A stretch of DNA of 64,000 nucleotides from the human T2T-CHM13v2.0 reference genome, Homo sapiens: the NCBI RefSeq assembly GCF_009914755.1, contig NC_060939.1. The stretch is one strand, 5' to 3'. Below the pieces are notes generated by a model. The model saw only the letters and a program-made list of their open reading frames with translations. It was not told the origin of the DNA and did no database searches. Below, one piece after another: positions 24,124-58,463 of this stretch (positions are counted from its first letter, which is position 1; every line of letters begins with the position of its first letter). The translations under genes and the position numbers were made by a program.

Positions 24124-26827
24124 CTACGAAGCCCCCCTTTTCTCTTTTTGCATTTGTTAAGCCTTTGGTCGGGGATCTGCCAATTTTCTTTCCTGGTGTC
24201 ATGAAAAGGCCACAGATCTGACATCAGCGTTAAGTCCCAGCTTGAAGGCATTTACTAGCAGTGTGGCTCCAAGCCTGCATATTCTCAGCTGCAAAATGAG
24301 ACTGATAAATACCAGCCCTGCCTGCTTTACACAAGAACAAGTTAGAAAGTGTCAGGGAAAGAGCTGCATAGTTATTTCATTTTTTTTATTTTGTTTTGTT
24401 TTGTTTTCTAGAGCTGCATAGTTATTTAGAGTGCAGCCCTCAAAGCTGCTCCCGCCCCAGAGCTAGGGCCCCCTTCTGGGGTGGCCCCCAGGAATGGATA
24501 GAGACTCTCCACCCCCAGTAACTGGGCAGGAATGCTCTCCTTTACTCAGCAGAAGAAAGGCTTTTCTTCCCTTTATGACTCAACTTCTCTTTTCAGCACT
24601 GTGAGGGAAATTGCTTTCTTCCCTTCTATTTCCAAGGTCAGAGGAGGGTGTACCCCTGGAACCTGTGTGTGGCCCACCAGCCTGACAAGCCATGACTCAC
24701 ACCCCCCCAGGTGGAGGAGAGAAGCAGCAGAAACCCAGAATGGGCACTTTCTTGGTCCTGAAGAGCCCCTCCTCCCTGAGACAACTGAGCTTCATTTCTG
24801 TTCCTGTTCCTCCGTGGTGGATTGAGACAGTTCCAGGGAAGAAGAGTTGGGGCAGAAAGTGCTGTGCTGGGTACCCTTTGGAAGGAGCAGTTGGTTCCCA
24901 TGGCAGGAAGGGGGTGGTGGTGCCAGGTCTCGAGCCCTGGAGCCTTTGCTCTGACTTCTCTATGGGCTCAGTATGTTCTGAACAGAAAAGAAACAGCAAA
25001 GCTGAAAAAAAGCTGAGACTTTGCTGCAGAGCACAGAGGCACCAACAGCCGGAATTAGAAGCTGTCGCTTAGGGAGCTGAAGGCTGACAGGAGATGGAGC
25101 CCAGGCAGGCAGGGGGCAGGCAGGCACGTCATACTCACCTCCCCTCCTCTCCCCTCCTGTCCCACCTGCTGGGCCTGTCCTCCCAGCAGGCCCCAGGCTG
25201 GCAGAAGGGCTCCCTCCCCAAGATGCCTCAGTGTGGTCTGCCACTCTGTCTGCAACTGCCTCCCTCTCAGGCCCCTTCTTTCCTCAAGTGTCACCAGCCC
25301 CCTCACGCTGTCACGTTGCACCAGCTTGGCAGGGTTGGGCCTGGTGGCATGTGTCTGGGAGATCCAGAGGGCTGCTCAGGGGATGCAGGGGGCGGGGTGA
25401 GTCAGCAGGGGACTCGAGTCTGAGTCAGCAATGGAATTGGGAAAGGGGTAGGGACCCTTCTCTTTGTGCAAAAGGTGAAACTGAGGCATGATGCGTGAAG
25501 GGAGCCTTGCCCCAGTCCCATAGATACACAGCAGTGATGGAACCCAGGTGTCCTTCACCTGCCCCAGTACCCCAAGGGAAGGCGTCAACTCTTCTTCTAT
25601 ACATCCCCTGCAGCCAGAGACTAATTCATCTCCAGGACCCAGAGATGGCATTTGCCTAAGGGACACCTTGCCTTTTTGGGAGGAAAGCAGGGAGGCAGGT
25701 ATCTAGGCCTGGCCACATGGGAAGGCCCCAGTCTGCTATGCAGAGGCCTCTCCGGGGGCAGGATTGCATCGCCTTCCCCATTCCTGGGCTACCCAGCTCC
25801 AGACTGGGAGCCCAGAGACTCTGCGTGGCCTGGCCCAGAGGTGAGGGGAAGGCAGCTTTTCCTTCTCCTGTACAGTCATCAGCAAAATCTGGGGGCTGCC
25901 CAGTGGGCTCCATTGGGCTCTGGCTCTGGCTTACGTGCACATGCCTGGGTCAGTGAGTTCCTCTAGGCCCGAATCCTCACCTTTACAGCCCAGTGCCTGG
26001 CAGAAGGGTTGAACATAGGGCACCACCCTGGGGTATAGGTGGTCTGCCCCAGCGTATCCAGTCTGTAATGATGTAGGGAGCAGGCTGATCAATGCTAGGC
26101 CTTAGCCCAGTAAATGATCAGCCCCCTCACCTCACCCTACAGCCAGGGCCTGGTAGAATCCCAGAGGTCAGACTCCCAGAGGGATGGGATGGCAGGGTGG
26201 GGGCAGGAGGACCTGTTTACTTTCCAAAGGAACAGGTGCTCACAGCTAACGGCATGTGCTGTAACTCTAATAAGAAAACAACCTCTTCCCAGAATCAATC
26301 CCCCTCTGCCTCCTAAGCCAGTGCCTGTCCCTATTTGGGATTTGGGATCATGTCATCGGTGCAGTGAGTGGCTGCCCACAAGCCCCTCCACAGCAAGTTT
26401 TGAGGTCAACCATAGCTGCCATAGGGTCCTGAGCATCCAACCACTCTGTCTTCCTAAAGGGGCCTAGATTGCCTAAAAGTTTGGAACTCCCCCTAAAATA
26501 GGGGACATCTTTGCACTCAGCTCTTCTGCTCCAACCCCGAGAGTGGAGACAATGAAGGGCCACATCTGTGTGGGGGCGAAGAGGGGGTGACATAATTTTC
26601 CAGTGATTGTGGCATCAGGGCCAGCAGAAGGGGAAATGAATCCTCTTCAAGTCCAGAGGCAGGGCCATTTCACTGGACTCTGGAAAGGACCTCACCCTGG
26701 GTTCAGCTCCCAAGAGATTTTTTTTTCCCCAGCCCGTTTCATTTCAGGGGCACTCCACTACCCTGCCCCCATTTTCTACCTGTAGAATAGAGACCAGGCT
26801 TAAGCAGGAAACACTGGGACGAGGTTC

Positions 26828-26833
26828 TTTAAT
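26828..26833 (-). terminator. Probable PLCB2 poly(A) signal ATTAAA
   Basis: tttaat on +, preceded on - by a U-rich tract; ~0.8 kb after the stop. Confidence 0.55.
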
Positions 26834-27617
26834 AGGAGTAGGAAAGAGAAAAATAAATAAACCTCATAAATTCAGGAGAGCAAATGATGCTGACCTTGTC
26901 AGGCAGGCAGCCTGAGAGGGGTACATGGTAGGAACTGCCTGCCCCCAGGCCTAGGAAGAGGGGTGAGCCAGGGTCAGGGTGGAACAGCACCCAAGAGCCC
27001 ACTGCCCCTTGTGACTCAGCCAAGCAGGGCCAAGGCAGCTTTTCCATTTCAGCCTCCCGTTCCGGACAGGCAGAGGGGAGGGGAGGGCCCTCAGCCAGGG
27101 AGTGGCCGTCCCCAGGGAGCTGTGAGGTAGTGCCAGGATCTGCCTCAAGGAGTGGACAAGGCCAACTCAGGGCAGGCCTGATGGGGCCTGGAAGCCTGGG
27201 GCAGGAGGGTTCGGGGCTAGAGTGGAGGTGAGTGGGTCCAACCCTCCAGGTGAGGAAACTGAGCCCAGAGCTGGTTGCTCAATAGGAAAGGCAGAGTGGG
27301 GCCAGGATCCCACTTTCTGCCTTCCAGTCCATAGTCTTTTGCCCTCAACAAATATATGACACTTATCTAGAGATGGAGGGGGAGGTAGGAAGTCAGCTTG
27401 AGAAGACTTCTAGGCCCCAGAGAGGCCCTGCCGTGAGGGTGCCTGGGTCCTGTCTCAGACTCTGGCCTGGCCGTTGAGGAGGGGGCTGCAGCGTCCAAGG
27501 CAGCCACAGGTTCCCACAGCCTCAGAAGGCTGGGGCTCCTTTTTCCTGGGGGAATAGAACCACATCCCAGAGAAGGGGCTGAACCTCCTTGCTAAATGTC
27601 CCAGTGGGATGGGGGCA

Positions 27618-46552
<18,935 letters not shown>

Positions 46553-46679
46553 GGTGCCAAGCGTTCCTCTTTGCAGAATCTCAGCAGACACAGGCAGGCA
46601 GAAGGGCAGGAAGGAGGCCAGCCAGGAGGGGGAGCCAAGCTGGGCTCAAATGGCACCCATCCCCGAGCTGCTCCAGAAA

Positions 46680-46920
46680 TCTAGTTGCTCTTATAGCCCC
46701 TGGGGTGGCCCTGGCTGAGTGCAGGACTGAGCTGTAGCCAGAGGCCCATCTGCCTTGTAAATCACCCTCCTCCCACCCGCCCTGCCTGCCATGGGGGCCT
46801 GTGGTCACTGCTTCTGCCCAAGGAGGCTGAAGCAGGAAGCCCCCGCCTCTTCTGGAGGCCCCCGCCCCCACCCCCACCCCCACCCTGTGCCTCTCAGCAC
46901 TTCCTGCTCTGGGCTTCCTT
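46680..46920 (-). promoter_or_regulatory. PLCB2 proximal promoter
   Basis: TATAAG (46690-46695 on -), RUNX-like TGTGGT ~46800, ETS cores GGAAG ~46834 and ~46900, GC/CACCC boxes 46859-46885. Confidence 0.5.
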
Positions 46921-47296
46921 CTCTGCGCTGCTCACAGCGGAGACGTGGTCATGAGGCCGGGTCGCCTTGGAGCCAGGGCCTCTCAGTCCCTGTGGTGGTC
47001 TCTGGTCAGATTTGGCCCAGGAGGGCTGGAGAAGGACGACATGGAGACCAGCTGGGGAGACTGCTGCCCAGGCCTGGACTGAGGGAAGGCACAGGGAGCT
47101 CACTAGGAGAAAGGACCTCCTCAGGGGAAGGGTCCAGAGCATGGGCATCTGACCCCAAAGGTTGGGAGCACCGTAGAGGCAGGGGTGGGGTGGGGACAGG
47201 GCCCAGCTGGAATGGAGTGTTTTGAATAAGCAAAGTTTGCTGAACACACGGCTCCTCTTTCTCAATGCTTCCTCCCCCATGAAAATGAGGTGCACC

Positions 47297-47820
<524 letters not shown>

Positions 47821-49584
47821 TCAGCCCCAGCTGCTCAGGTGCCTGACCCACACTCTGCCCCAGGCCCAGGGAGTTCAGCACCAGTCCAGCTCAGCCCAGC
47901 CCACTTCCTCTTGCCTAATCTGCTCCTCTTATCGCCCTTCTTAGCCCAGCCTGGGAGGCAGGGAGCTCTACCCAAGACTTCCTTCCCCTCTGGGGCCTGG
48001 CCTTTTGCCCTGGGTCACCCCCCCATGGGGCTTTGCATACCCCCAACAACGGTAAGACCCTCACCCAGGCCCTAGAATTGTCGCGGCTGGAGGTCTGGTC
48101 CAGGGCAGGGTGGAGGGTGAGGGAGGACACTCTTCATGCGGAATTAAGATAATAAACTGCCCAGTGGAGGCTGGAGCTAAGGGAATTCCCAGCACAGAAA
48201 TAATCTGCAGAAGAGCAATTCTAGGGCCGGGGGATGGAGCCGGAGCAGGGCCTGACCAAGCCTCCTGGAAATGGTAACAATTCAGAGGACTCTTCCTCCT
48301 CGTTTCCCCCAGTCCCTTAGCGTCATCTCTCCTCTCTCCCTCCCTCCAGTCTGGGGCCCTTCTGGGGGCCCCTCTGGCAGCCCATGCTGTTCTGGGTTCC
48401 TCCCTGGGATCAGGTTCCCTCGATATCTGTTTGAATGGATTTTGCAAGGGAAATCCCTGTCCCTTCCCAAAGCCCCTGCACCTGTCACCTGCGGCTGCCC
48501 TGGTCCCGGCACCCAAGTCCCTCCCTTTCATCTGTCCTGTAGCCATCAGCCCCCTCTCCACTTTGGGCCTGGAGAGACCAGTCCATTCCTCCCCCTCAGC
48601 CTGAGGAGGAAAGGGACAGCCTCCTCTCCTCATTTCAGGATTTCAGGGCTCCTCACTCTGTTCCTTTCCATCTCCAGCTCCGAATCCACAGAACAAAGCC
48701 TTGCCCATCTTTACTCAGTGATGTCACTGCCTGCACTGTTCTTGGGACCCCAACTGTAGCTTCAGTGGGGGCCTGTACTCTCCTGCTCACATCCTGACCT
48801 CCTGCAAAGCTAGCTCCAAAAATGCAGAAAATCCAGGCAGTCAGGAGAGCGGAAAATCTTCATCAAAGAGCTTTTTGCTTTTAAAAATACATTTAGGTTT
48901 GAAAATTTGTGTTGACAAAGAAAAATGTCATGTAAATAATAGTAGAGAAAATCAGGGTAGTTACATGAATGCCCCGTTTGGGAAATGTGGCCTTGGGCTC
49001 CTGGGCTGAGCTGGGTAGAGGGCAACCCTGCAGTGGGCCAGTCTCACCCCTCCAGGGTGGGCAGTGGAAGGGCAAGGATGCCCCCTGCTGGGTGCACTCA
49101 AAGCATGCATGTCCTGGAAGTTGCGGTTGGGTCTGTCATTTGTGACCCACGGGAACACCTATGCCAGAGAGTTTGGCAAGTGGGAGCCTTGGGCCATAGA
49201 ATGTGGTAAGAACTTATATTCAACCAAATGTTGCCTCCCACAAGGGACATGCTTGTGACCTGGACCCCAGCACATATGTCCCAAGTTCATTTGTTCACTT
49301 GCCAGTGCTATGTGGGAGCCCCATGCATTGGTTTCCCAGTTTGCTCATCAGAGAAGTTTAATGGCAGAAGTTGAACTCAGACCTTCAGGTGCCACAGCTG
49401 CCAGCCAAATAAGAGGATCAGACTAGGTCGGTTTCTTATCTGATGCCATGATGGTTGAAGCAGTGGGTTTCAGGAGTGTGGAACCCTGTTGTCCATCTTG
49501 GTCAAGGGCTGGCCCTCTTTTGGAGGGAAGATGGCTCTTATGGTGTCTGTTTCCCAGTCTGGCAAAGGGAGCCACACTCACCAC

Positions 49585-49760
49585 TCTAGGAACCCAGCCA
49601 CTTACTAGCTGGTTTATCTTGTGATACTTAACCTTCTTGGGCCTCAGCCTTCTCACCTGTAAAATGGGGATAATAATGCCTCATGGGGATGTTGCAAGGA
49701 TTAAAGAATATAATGAATGGTACTTAATACAGTGCCTACACATGAGCTCAATAATACTAT
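49585..49760 (+). mobile_element. MIR
   Basis: gcctcagccttctcacctgtaaaatggggataat. Confidence 0.7.
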
Positions 49761-50351
49761 CATTATCATTATGAGTTATCATTGTTATTTTATTATTACT
49801 TATTAGCAGACACTGACAGGAAAAATGGCAGTTTCTTATTCCTTCTTCAACAGTTCTTTCTACAAACGTCTTCACTGACTTTCTCTTTGGATTTTTCTTC
49901 CAGCAGTTCGTGTGGATCAGGGGCTGTACCCGCCTTTGCAGGGCAGACTGAGTTAGGGTTGCTCCTGTCTGTGGACTTGAAGCAAGCTGTTCCCAAGCGG
50001 CCTGAACTCATGAAGTGATGAGCACAAGGGCTCCAATCATGGGCAAGTGCCAGCCTCCCACCAGCTTCATGCCACCACAGCCCCCCAGCTGATGAGGCAC
50101 AGATGAGAGTGCTGAGCTGCCCAGCTGTGTGTCCCTCTGTGGCCCCAGCTTCAGCCACCCTCTGTGTACTGAGAGCTAAGCAGAAGTGGAGGCATGGGCA
50201 AGGCTGGGTAGCCAACACTGATCCCTTAGGGAGGAGAGAGGCAATCAAGTTTCCTGTAGATGCCCAGGAGGAAGATGTTGCTTGTCTTCCCATTCCAAGC
50301 CCCTCTATAACCCGACAAGGAACCATCTGGGACTTAGAAGTGGAAAACAAA

Positions 50352-50639
50352 CTGGGCATGGTGGCTCACGCCTGTAATCCCAGCACTTTGGGAGGCCGAG
50401 GCGGGTGGGTCACGAAGTCAGGAGCTCAAGATCAGCCTGACCATCATGGTGAAACCCCGTCTCTACCAAAAATACAAAAATGAGCCAGACATGGTGGCAC
50501 ACACCTGTAATCCCAATTACTCAGGTGGCTAAGGCAGGAGAATAGCTGGAACTGGGAGGCAGAGGTTGCAGTGAGCCAAGTTCACACCATTGCCTCCAGC
50601 CTGGGTGACAGAACGAGACTCCATCTCAAAAAAAAAAAA
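50352..50639 (+). mobile_element. Alu
   Basis: TSD AAGTGGAAAACAA. Confidence 0.93.
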
Positions 50640-51142
50640 GTGGAAAACAATCAGTCCATGTATGTTTCTCTTTGAAGTGCTATTTTGGATCAAATTTACC
50701 TGTGTCCATCTTCAAGAAACCCAGAGTTTAGTCCCCACTGGAGCAAAGGTTTGTTCTGTGATCTTAGCAAGTTACCTGAGCCCTTGAATCTGTCAAACTT
50801 TTGATCATTTCTAAGAATCCTTCCAGCTCTAAAAATCTCTTTCCACTTGGAAGGGCCAATCTTGTCACTTTTCTCTCTTGCCTTTCCTCTGAGAGACAAC
50901 AAACCTAGAGATGAGAGCTGTAGGTGGCAGGAGAGGCTTAGCTCTCATCCCAGTGTGACATTCTTGGGCACAATCACTCCTCTGCCTCTGTCAATCCCTC
51001 TGTGAAATGGGCCAGTTTTAATAAGTGTGATAGAAATAAATTATATGATGTCCTCCTCTAGGTGGGCACGGTGCATTGCATATAGGGAAGGTCATCAGTA
51101 TTGATCAATTGCTTCTGTTCTTACTCCTGTCCTGGTCCAACC

Positions 51143-52237
<1,095 letters not shown>

Positions 52238-52381
52238 TTTTTTTTTTTTTTTTTTTTTTTAATATACGATGTAATCTCACCCTGTTGCCCAGGCTGGTCT
52301 TGAACTCCTGGGCTCAAGCAATCCTCCCACCTCACCCTCTCCAGTAGCTGGGATTATGGGCATGTACCACCAAACTTGGCA
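52238..52381 (-). mobile_element. Alu monomer (FLAM-like) abutting the RPLP0 retrocopy
   Basis: Single arm with A tail. Confidence 0.8.
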
Positions 52382-52896
52382 TCTGATCCACCTTTTTATC
52401 AGGACCTGGGCAAAGCCACAGAGAACAAGCCCCTCAACTTTGCGAATAGCAAGGAGCCAGCGAAGACAGGAATATGTTGGAAGACAGACTCAGGATCCAA
52501 AAACATTCTAACCTATTGGAGCACTGGCCTAAACCTCCCAAGGTGAAATGAACAGGGCTTAACTGAGAGATCTGGGCTTGGTGCCAAGACACCGACTGTA
52601 CAAGGACAGGGTGGGGAAGTGGCAGCTTAGCAGAAGCATGTGTGAATAAAACTGAGGGTTTTCGCTGACAGCCAGCTCCATCTGAGTCAAATGACAGAGC
52701 TGCCAATAAAAACGGGCAGACTCAGGCTGCCGAACTGAAGTCGGGTACTGAGCCCTGTGGTTCTCCATCTTGATATCACACCAGAACCACCTGCAAAGCT
52801 CTGGTAACACTGCATATTCCTTGCTGTACCAAGACCCTCTGAATCGTGATCTGGGATGAGATGAGAGAGGGAAAGGAAGGTGAGGAGTTTGCATTT

Positions 52897-53028
52897 CTTT
52901 TATTTTTTTTTAGAGACAGGTTTCACTCTGCTACCCAGGCTGGTCTCAAGCTCATGGGCTCAAGCAATCCTCGTGCCTTGGCCTCCCAAAGTGTTGGGAT
53001 TATAGGCATGAGTCACTGCGCCCAGCCA
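52897..53028 (-). mobile_element. Alu monomer (FLAM-like)
   Basis: Single arm; TSD GGAGTTTG. Confidence 0.8.
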
Positions 53029-53331
53029 GGAGTTTGAGTTTCTAAAGAGTATCCCCCCTCATTCCAAGATGCATCCAGGGCTTTTGAACCAAGGAACAAT
53101 CAGTCCCATTCTCATTCTCAGCACAACAGACCACACCCAAAATACTTGAGGAATTCAGTTTAGGTTGCTTTGTTGCAGGGAAGGTCATAAGTTGAAGGAT
53201 ATTTGGTGGAAAGCAGCCAGGATGCAGGCAACACTCTGAAGAGAACCACTTTATAGAAGACACAGGTGGCCAGGAGGCCCAACTTCACATGGATGAGTCT
53301 TGTTCTCTGAGGTCCCAAAAGTTAGAATCTA

Positions 53332-53621
53332 GGCCAGGTGCGGTGGCTCACGCCTGTAATCTCAGCACTTTGGGGGGCTGAGGGGGGCAGACCATCTGAG
53401 GCCAGGAGCTCAAGTCCCACCTGGCCAACATGGTGAAACCCCATCTCTACTAAAAATATAAAAATTAGCCAGGCGCAGTGGCACATGCCTGTAGTCCCAG
53501 CTACTCAGGAGGCTGAGTCAGGAGAATTGCTTGAACCCGGGAGGCGGAGGTTGCAGTGACCCAAGATTGTGCCACTGCACTTCAGCCTGTGCGACAGAGC
53601 GAGACTCTCTCTCAAAAAAAA
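53332..53621 (+). mobile_element. Alu
   Basis: TSD AAAGTTAGAATCT. Confidence 0.92.
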
Positions 53622-55479
53622 TTTAAGTACATATTTTTTTAAAGTTAGAATCTTAGGAGACTGTCTTAGGTCAGGTTTCTCAGGAAACATGCCGAGATAG
53701 AGATTTTCTTGTAGGAAGTTTATTGGGGGTGCTTTCAGAGATAACATCTGTGAACTAGTGAAAGAATCAGAATCAAGCCAGAGGAAGAAATTGGTGAACA
53801 ATGCAGTCACAATACAGAATGCTTCCACAGGAAGCCCTGGGGTTGAGCTGGCCCCGTAGAGTTAGCCCCAACTTGGATAAGAGGGCTGTACCTTTGAATT
53901 CCACATTGACTTGGCAGATGACCCCTAGGGAAGGGTTGTGAAGTCCAGCAAGACAGCTCCCTTTAGCAGCTGAAGGAAATGCCAAGGGAGAGACTCATGT
54001 GTGAGCCATTGGCAGCCAACACTTCTGGCAACTTCAGGGATAAGCTCCTTGGTCCTAAAAGCAGTATCTGGGTGGTGCACCACAGCAACCGAGACAGTAC
54101 CCCCAGGCATAGCCCAGACCTACTTGATTTATGTGGTAAGTTCACTCTACCTGGGAATAGCTCCTCCTGGATTCTGGGAAACTTACAAGAATTAAATGGA
54201 GAAACTATAGCCCCCACTACTGCAACTAGTCTTGGTGACACAATTGATGTTCATCATTCCCCTTCTCTGTCACTCATTCTAGATTCTTTTTACCTTCAAC
54301 TTGCACCTCTGCTGGTGTAGGTGGCTTGCCTGTCGGGGTAACCAATCACCAATCACCATGGCCTTCAGACCATGCTGCTGATGTGTCCACCTTCCACCAA
54401 AATTGGGCATACCAACAGACACCCCAGTGGATCACCTGGGTGCCAAACATATTCTTTCCTGACCCCCTTATGTAACAGCAGCCCTATCTCTCCCAAAGGA
54501 TGGGGGTCAGTTGCCCCTTCCAGGAAGTGACTCCTCTTCTTTCCTGCTGGTTTCTTGGCACAAAGAGTCTGACGAACAGAAAGCAGCCATACTTAAGTTT
54601 ATGGGGTTCTTGTTCTGTCCCTGGTGGAAGTGCTCCCCCTCTGGGAACCAGATTCTCTGAACCTGGAGAGCTTGGAACTGCAGGAATGGGAACCACAAAT
54701 TCCTCCAGAAAGGTCACTGGGAGTGATGGTAAGTGGAGTCATTCCTACTTCTACCCCTAGTTTCCTAAACCTCTATTCTACACGTTGACACATAGCACCA
54801 TATATAACAGTTATTGATTAGGATGCATACCTCATCCTGGAGCACGGTGTCCCATCATCTCTAACATGGTATTTCAGCTGTGCTTCTAAAGGCTGTTCTA
54901 TCATTCCACCAGCTCTATTCAGCTTCTGGATGGTGAAGTATGTAATAGGCCTAAAAGATCCCATGATCATGTGCCCATTCTATCCTTAAAGTGGGACTCT
55001 TGGTCTTCTGCAATGGTATGTGAGATCCCACGTCAGTGAATCAAACACTCTTTTAGCCCCCAGAGAGTGGCCTTTGAGCAGAAAAGACAAATCCATATCC
55101 AGAATATATGGCAATTCAGGTCAAGATGAGTCCCTCACCCTTCTGGAGTGGAACAGGTCCAAGGTAGCCAGCTTGGTACTGCGTGGCTGGTATCAGTTGC
55201 TGGCAGGTTGGACTTTTAGCAGTGACAATAGGTAATTGGCCTTGGTGAGTGGGAGCCCATTCTGTTGAGCCACCCCTGCCACCACACACATGCGACACGT
55301 GTCACCTCCATCTATGCCACCATGGCCACTTTATTCATGTGCCCATTGTGCTGGCATGGGGTGGTCAATGACAGAGGCAAGCTAACATCAATTCCACATC
55401 ATTCTATCTACTTGATTATGCAGTCTCCCCTGTGGCAGGTGCTCTCTGATGAGTATTAACATGCAATATAAAGATCTTC

Positions 55480-55696
<217 letters not shown>

Positions 55697-57278
55697 TCAA
55701 ATAGATAAAGCCACATATCTCTTCCCAAGACCTTCTTGTTCCCAGTCTTCCAGTATTTCTCTTTCTAGCCCTCTAACCAACCAGTCAAACCATTTGCCTA
55801 TAGCTCATGAGCCTGTAGACAATTTTACCTCAGGCCGCTTTACCAGGGGCCATGCTGATGATTCAGTTCCCAGTCAGGTATCAATGTCAATGCAGACACT
55901 GCATCCAGCAGACCTTAAAGCGTTTGACTATTCTACTATCCCCAGTGTACAGTTACCCAGGTAAACGGCATAGTTCCCTTTAGGGAAGTAGTGGGGAAAT
56001 CATTACTGTATTGCTATAGTATTGCAGAAACCTTTCCCCTGGGAACCTGAACTGAAAATTGAATTGGGACTGGAAACCAAACAAGATATTGTGACTTTTT
56101 ATTGGAGCAGCTGCCATCAACCTCCTGGTCTTTCATCCTTGATTTATTTTAATTGTACAGCTCAGCAATTCTCAGTGTGTGGTCTCCAGACCCCTTGGGG
56201 TCCCTGAGATCACTTCAGGGGTTTCACAAGGTCAAAATTGCTTTCATAATAATACTAACATGTTATTTACCTTTTTAACTGTGTTGTCGTTTGCACTGAT
56301 GGTGCTAAAGCAATGGTGGGTAAAACTTCTGGCACCTTAAACAACCAAGGCAGTGACACCAAACTGAACTAGTAGTTCATTGCAGAAAGAAAGAGGAAAG
56401 AAAAGAAAAAAAAAGGAAGGGAGAAAAGTCGTTTTACTTTAGAATATCTTTAACAAAACGATATCAATTGTTAAATTGTATGAAGTTATGACCCTTAAAT
56501 AGATGTCTTTTTAATATTCCATGTGATTAAATGAAAGTACTCTACTGCATATGGAAGTATAACGGTTCTCTTGGGGAAAAGTACTTTTGCGATTGGGTCG
56601 TGAGCTCAATTAGCTGCTCTTTTCATGGAACACCAGTTTTACTTGAAAGAAGAACTGAAAAACCATGGCTATGCAGACTTGGCTATTTGGCAGATGTTTT
56701 CTCACATTTGAACCAAGTGAGCCTGTCACTTTGAGAAAAAAATAACTGATAGTGTTTGTTACCAATTACAAAATTTGAGTTTTCAAGTAAAAACTAGAAT
56801 TTTAGAAAACATGTATGCACTATCATGAGCTTCCTAGATTCCTGATACTTAAACTTTTTATAATATTATCAAATGTGATTTTTTCTATTATATAATGAAA
56901 TGTATCAATATTGCAAAGATATGTTTAATTCAGTGAACCAATATTTTCCAAATGATCAACGTGGGATATTATAAAATCATGCATGGGTAAAAGTGCCATT
57001 CAAAGGGCAAGTTAGATCAATGGACTTTAATGTAATTGAGCACAAAAAAAGTTCACTGATATAGTTTTATAGTCTACATTTCAACCACCATTTAAGAAAA
57101 TACTGCTTGTTGGGTTTTGGTGTAGTATCAAAGAAAAACAGCCACAATTATCTGAAAAGGCTGTTAAAATGTTCCTCTCTTTTCCAACTACATGTCTATA
57201 TGAGGCTGGATTTTCCTCATATATTTTAACCATAACAACAAATTGCCAGCAGATTAAATGTAGATGCAGATATGAGAT

Positions 57279-57556
57279 GCCAGGCATGTTGGCTCATGCC
57301 TGTAATCCCAGCATTTTGGGAGGCCAAGGCAGGTGGATCACTTGAGCTCAGGAGTTTGAGACCAGTCTGGCAAAATGGCAAAACCCTGTCTCTACAAAAA
57401 AATACAAAAATTAGCCAGGCATGGTGGTGTGCATCCGAAGTCCCAAGCTACTTGGGAGGCAGAGGTGGGAGAATTGCTTGAACCTGGGAAGTGGAGGTTG
57501 CAGTGAACTGAGATCACGCCACTTACACTCCAGCCTTGTGACAAAGTGAGATCCTG

Positions 57557-57589
<33 letters not shown>
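57279..57589 (+). mobile_element. Alu inside the Charlie element
   Basis: Alu consensus, long A tail. Confidence 0.92.
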
Positions 57590-57591
<2 letters not shown>

Positions 57592-57691
57592 GGATATGAG
57601 GATCCAGTTGTCTTCTACATTCCAGAGATTTGCAAATTTACAAAGCAAAGCCACTCTTTTCATTATTTTTTGTCATAAAAATATATTATCT

Positions 57692-58030
<339 letters not shown>

Positions 58031-58174
58031 TTATTATTCTTTAGACAAATTAATAAATATTTTGCAAAACCCTTGGTCTTATTTCTAATATGTCAAATAA
58101 AAATAGCTATAACCCACATAAACAAAATCCCTTTAGATACCTCTCTCTCTCATATATACATACATATATATATA

Positions 58175-58463
58175 TTTAGAGACTAGGTCTCACTCTGTCA
58201 CCCAGACTAGAGTGCAGTAGCATGATCATGGCTTAGTGCCGTCTCAAACTCCGGAGGTCAAGCGAGCCTCCTGCCTCAGCCTCTCGAGTAATTGGGACTA
58301 CAGGCATGTGCCACCCTGCCTAGCTAATTTTCAACTTTTTTTTTTGTAGAGATGAGGTCTCACTATTTTGCCCGGGCTGATCTTGAACTCCTGGGGTCAA
58401 GTGATCCTTCTGCTTCAGCCTTCCAAGTAGTTGGGATTATAGGTGCGAGCCACCACATCAGGC
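58175..58463 (-). mobile_element. AluJ-like inside the Charlie element
   Basis: Diverged reverse Alu. Confidence 0.85.
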
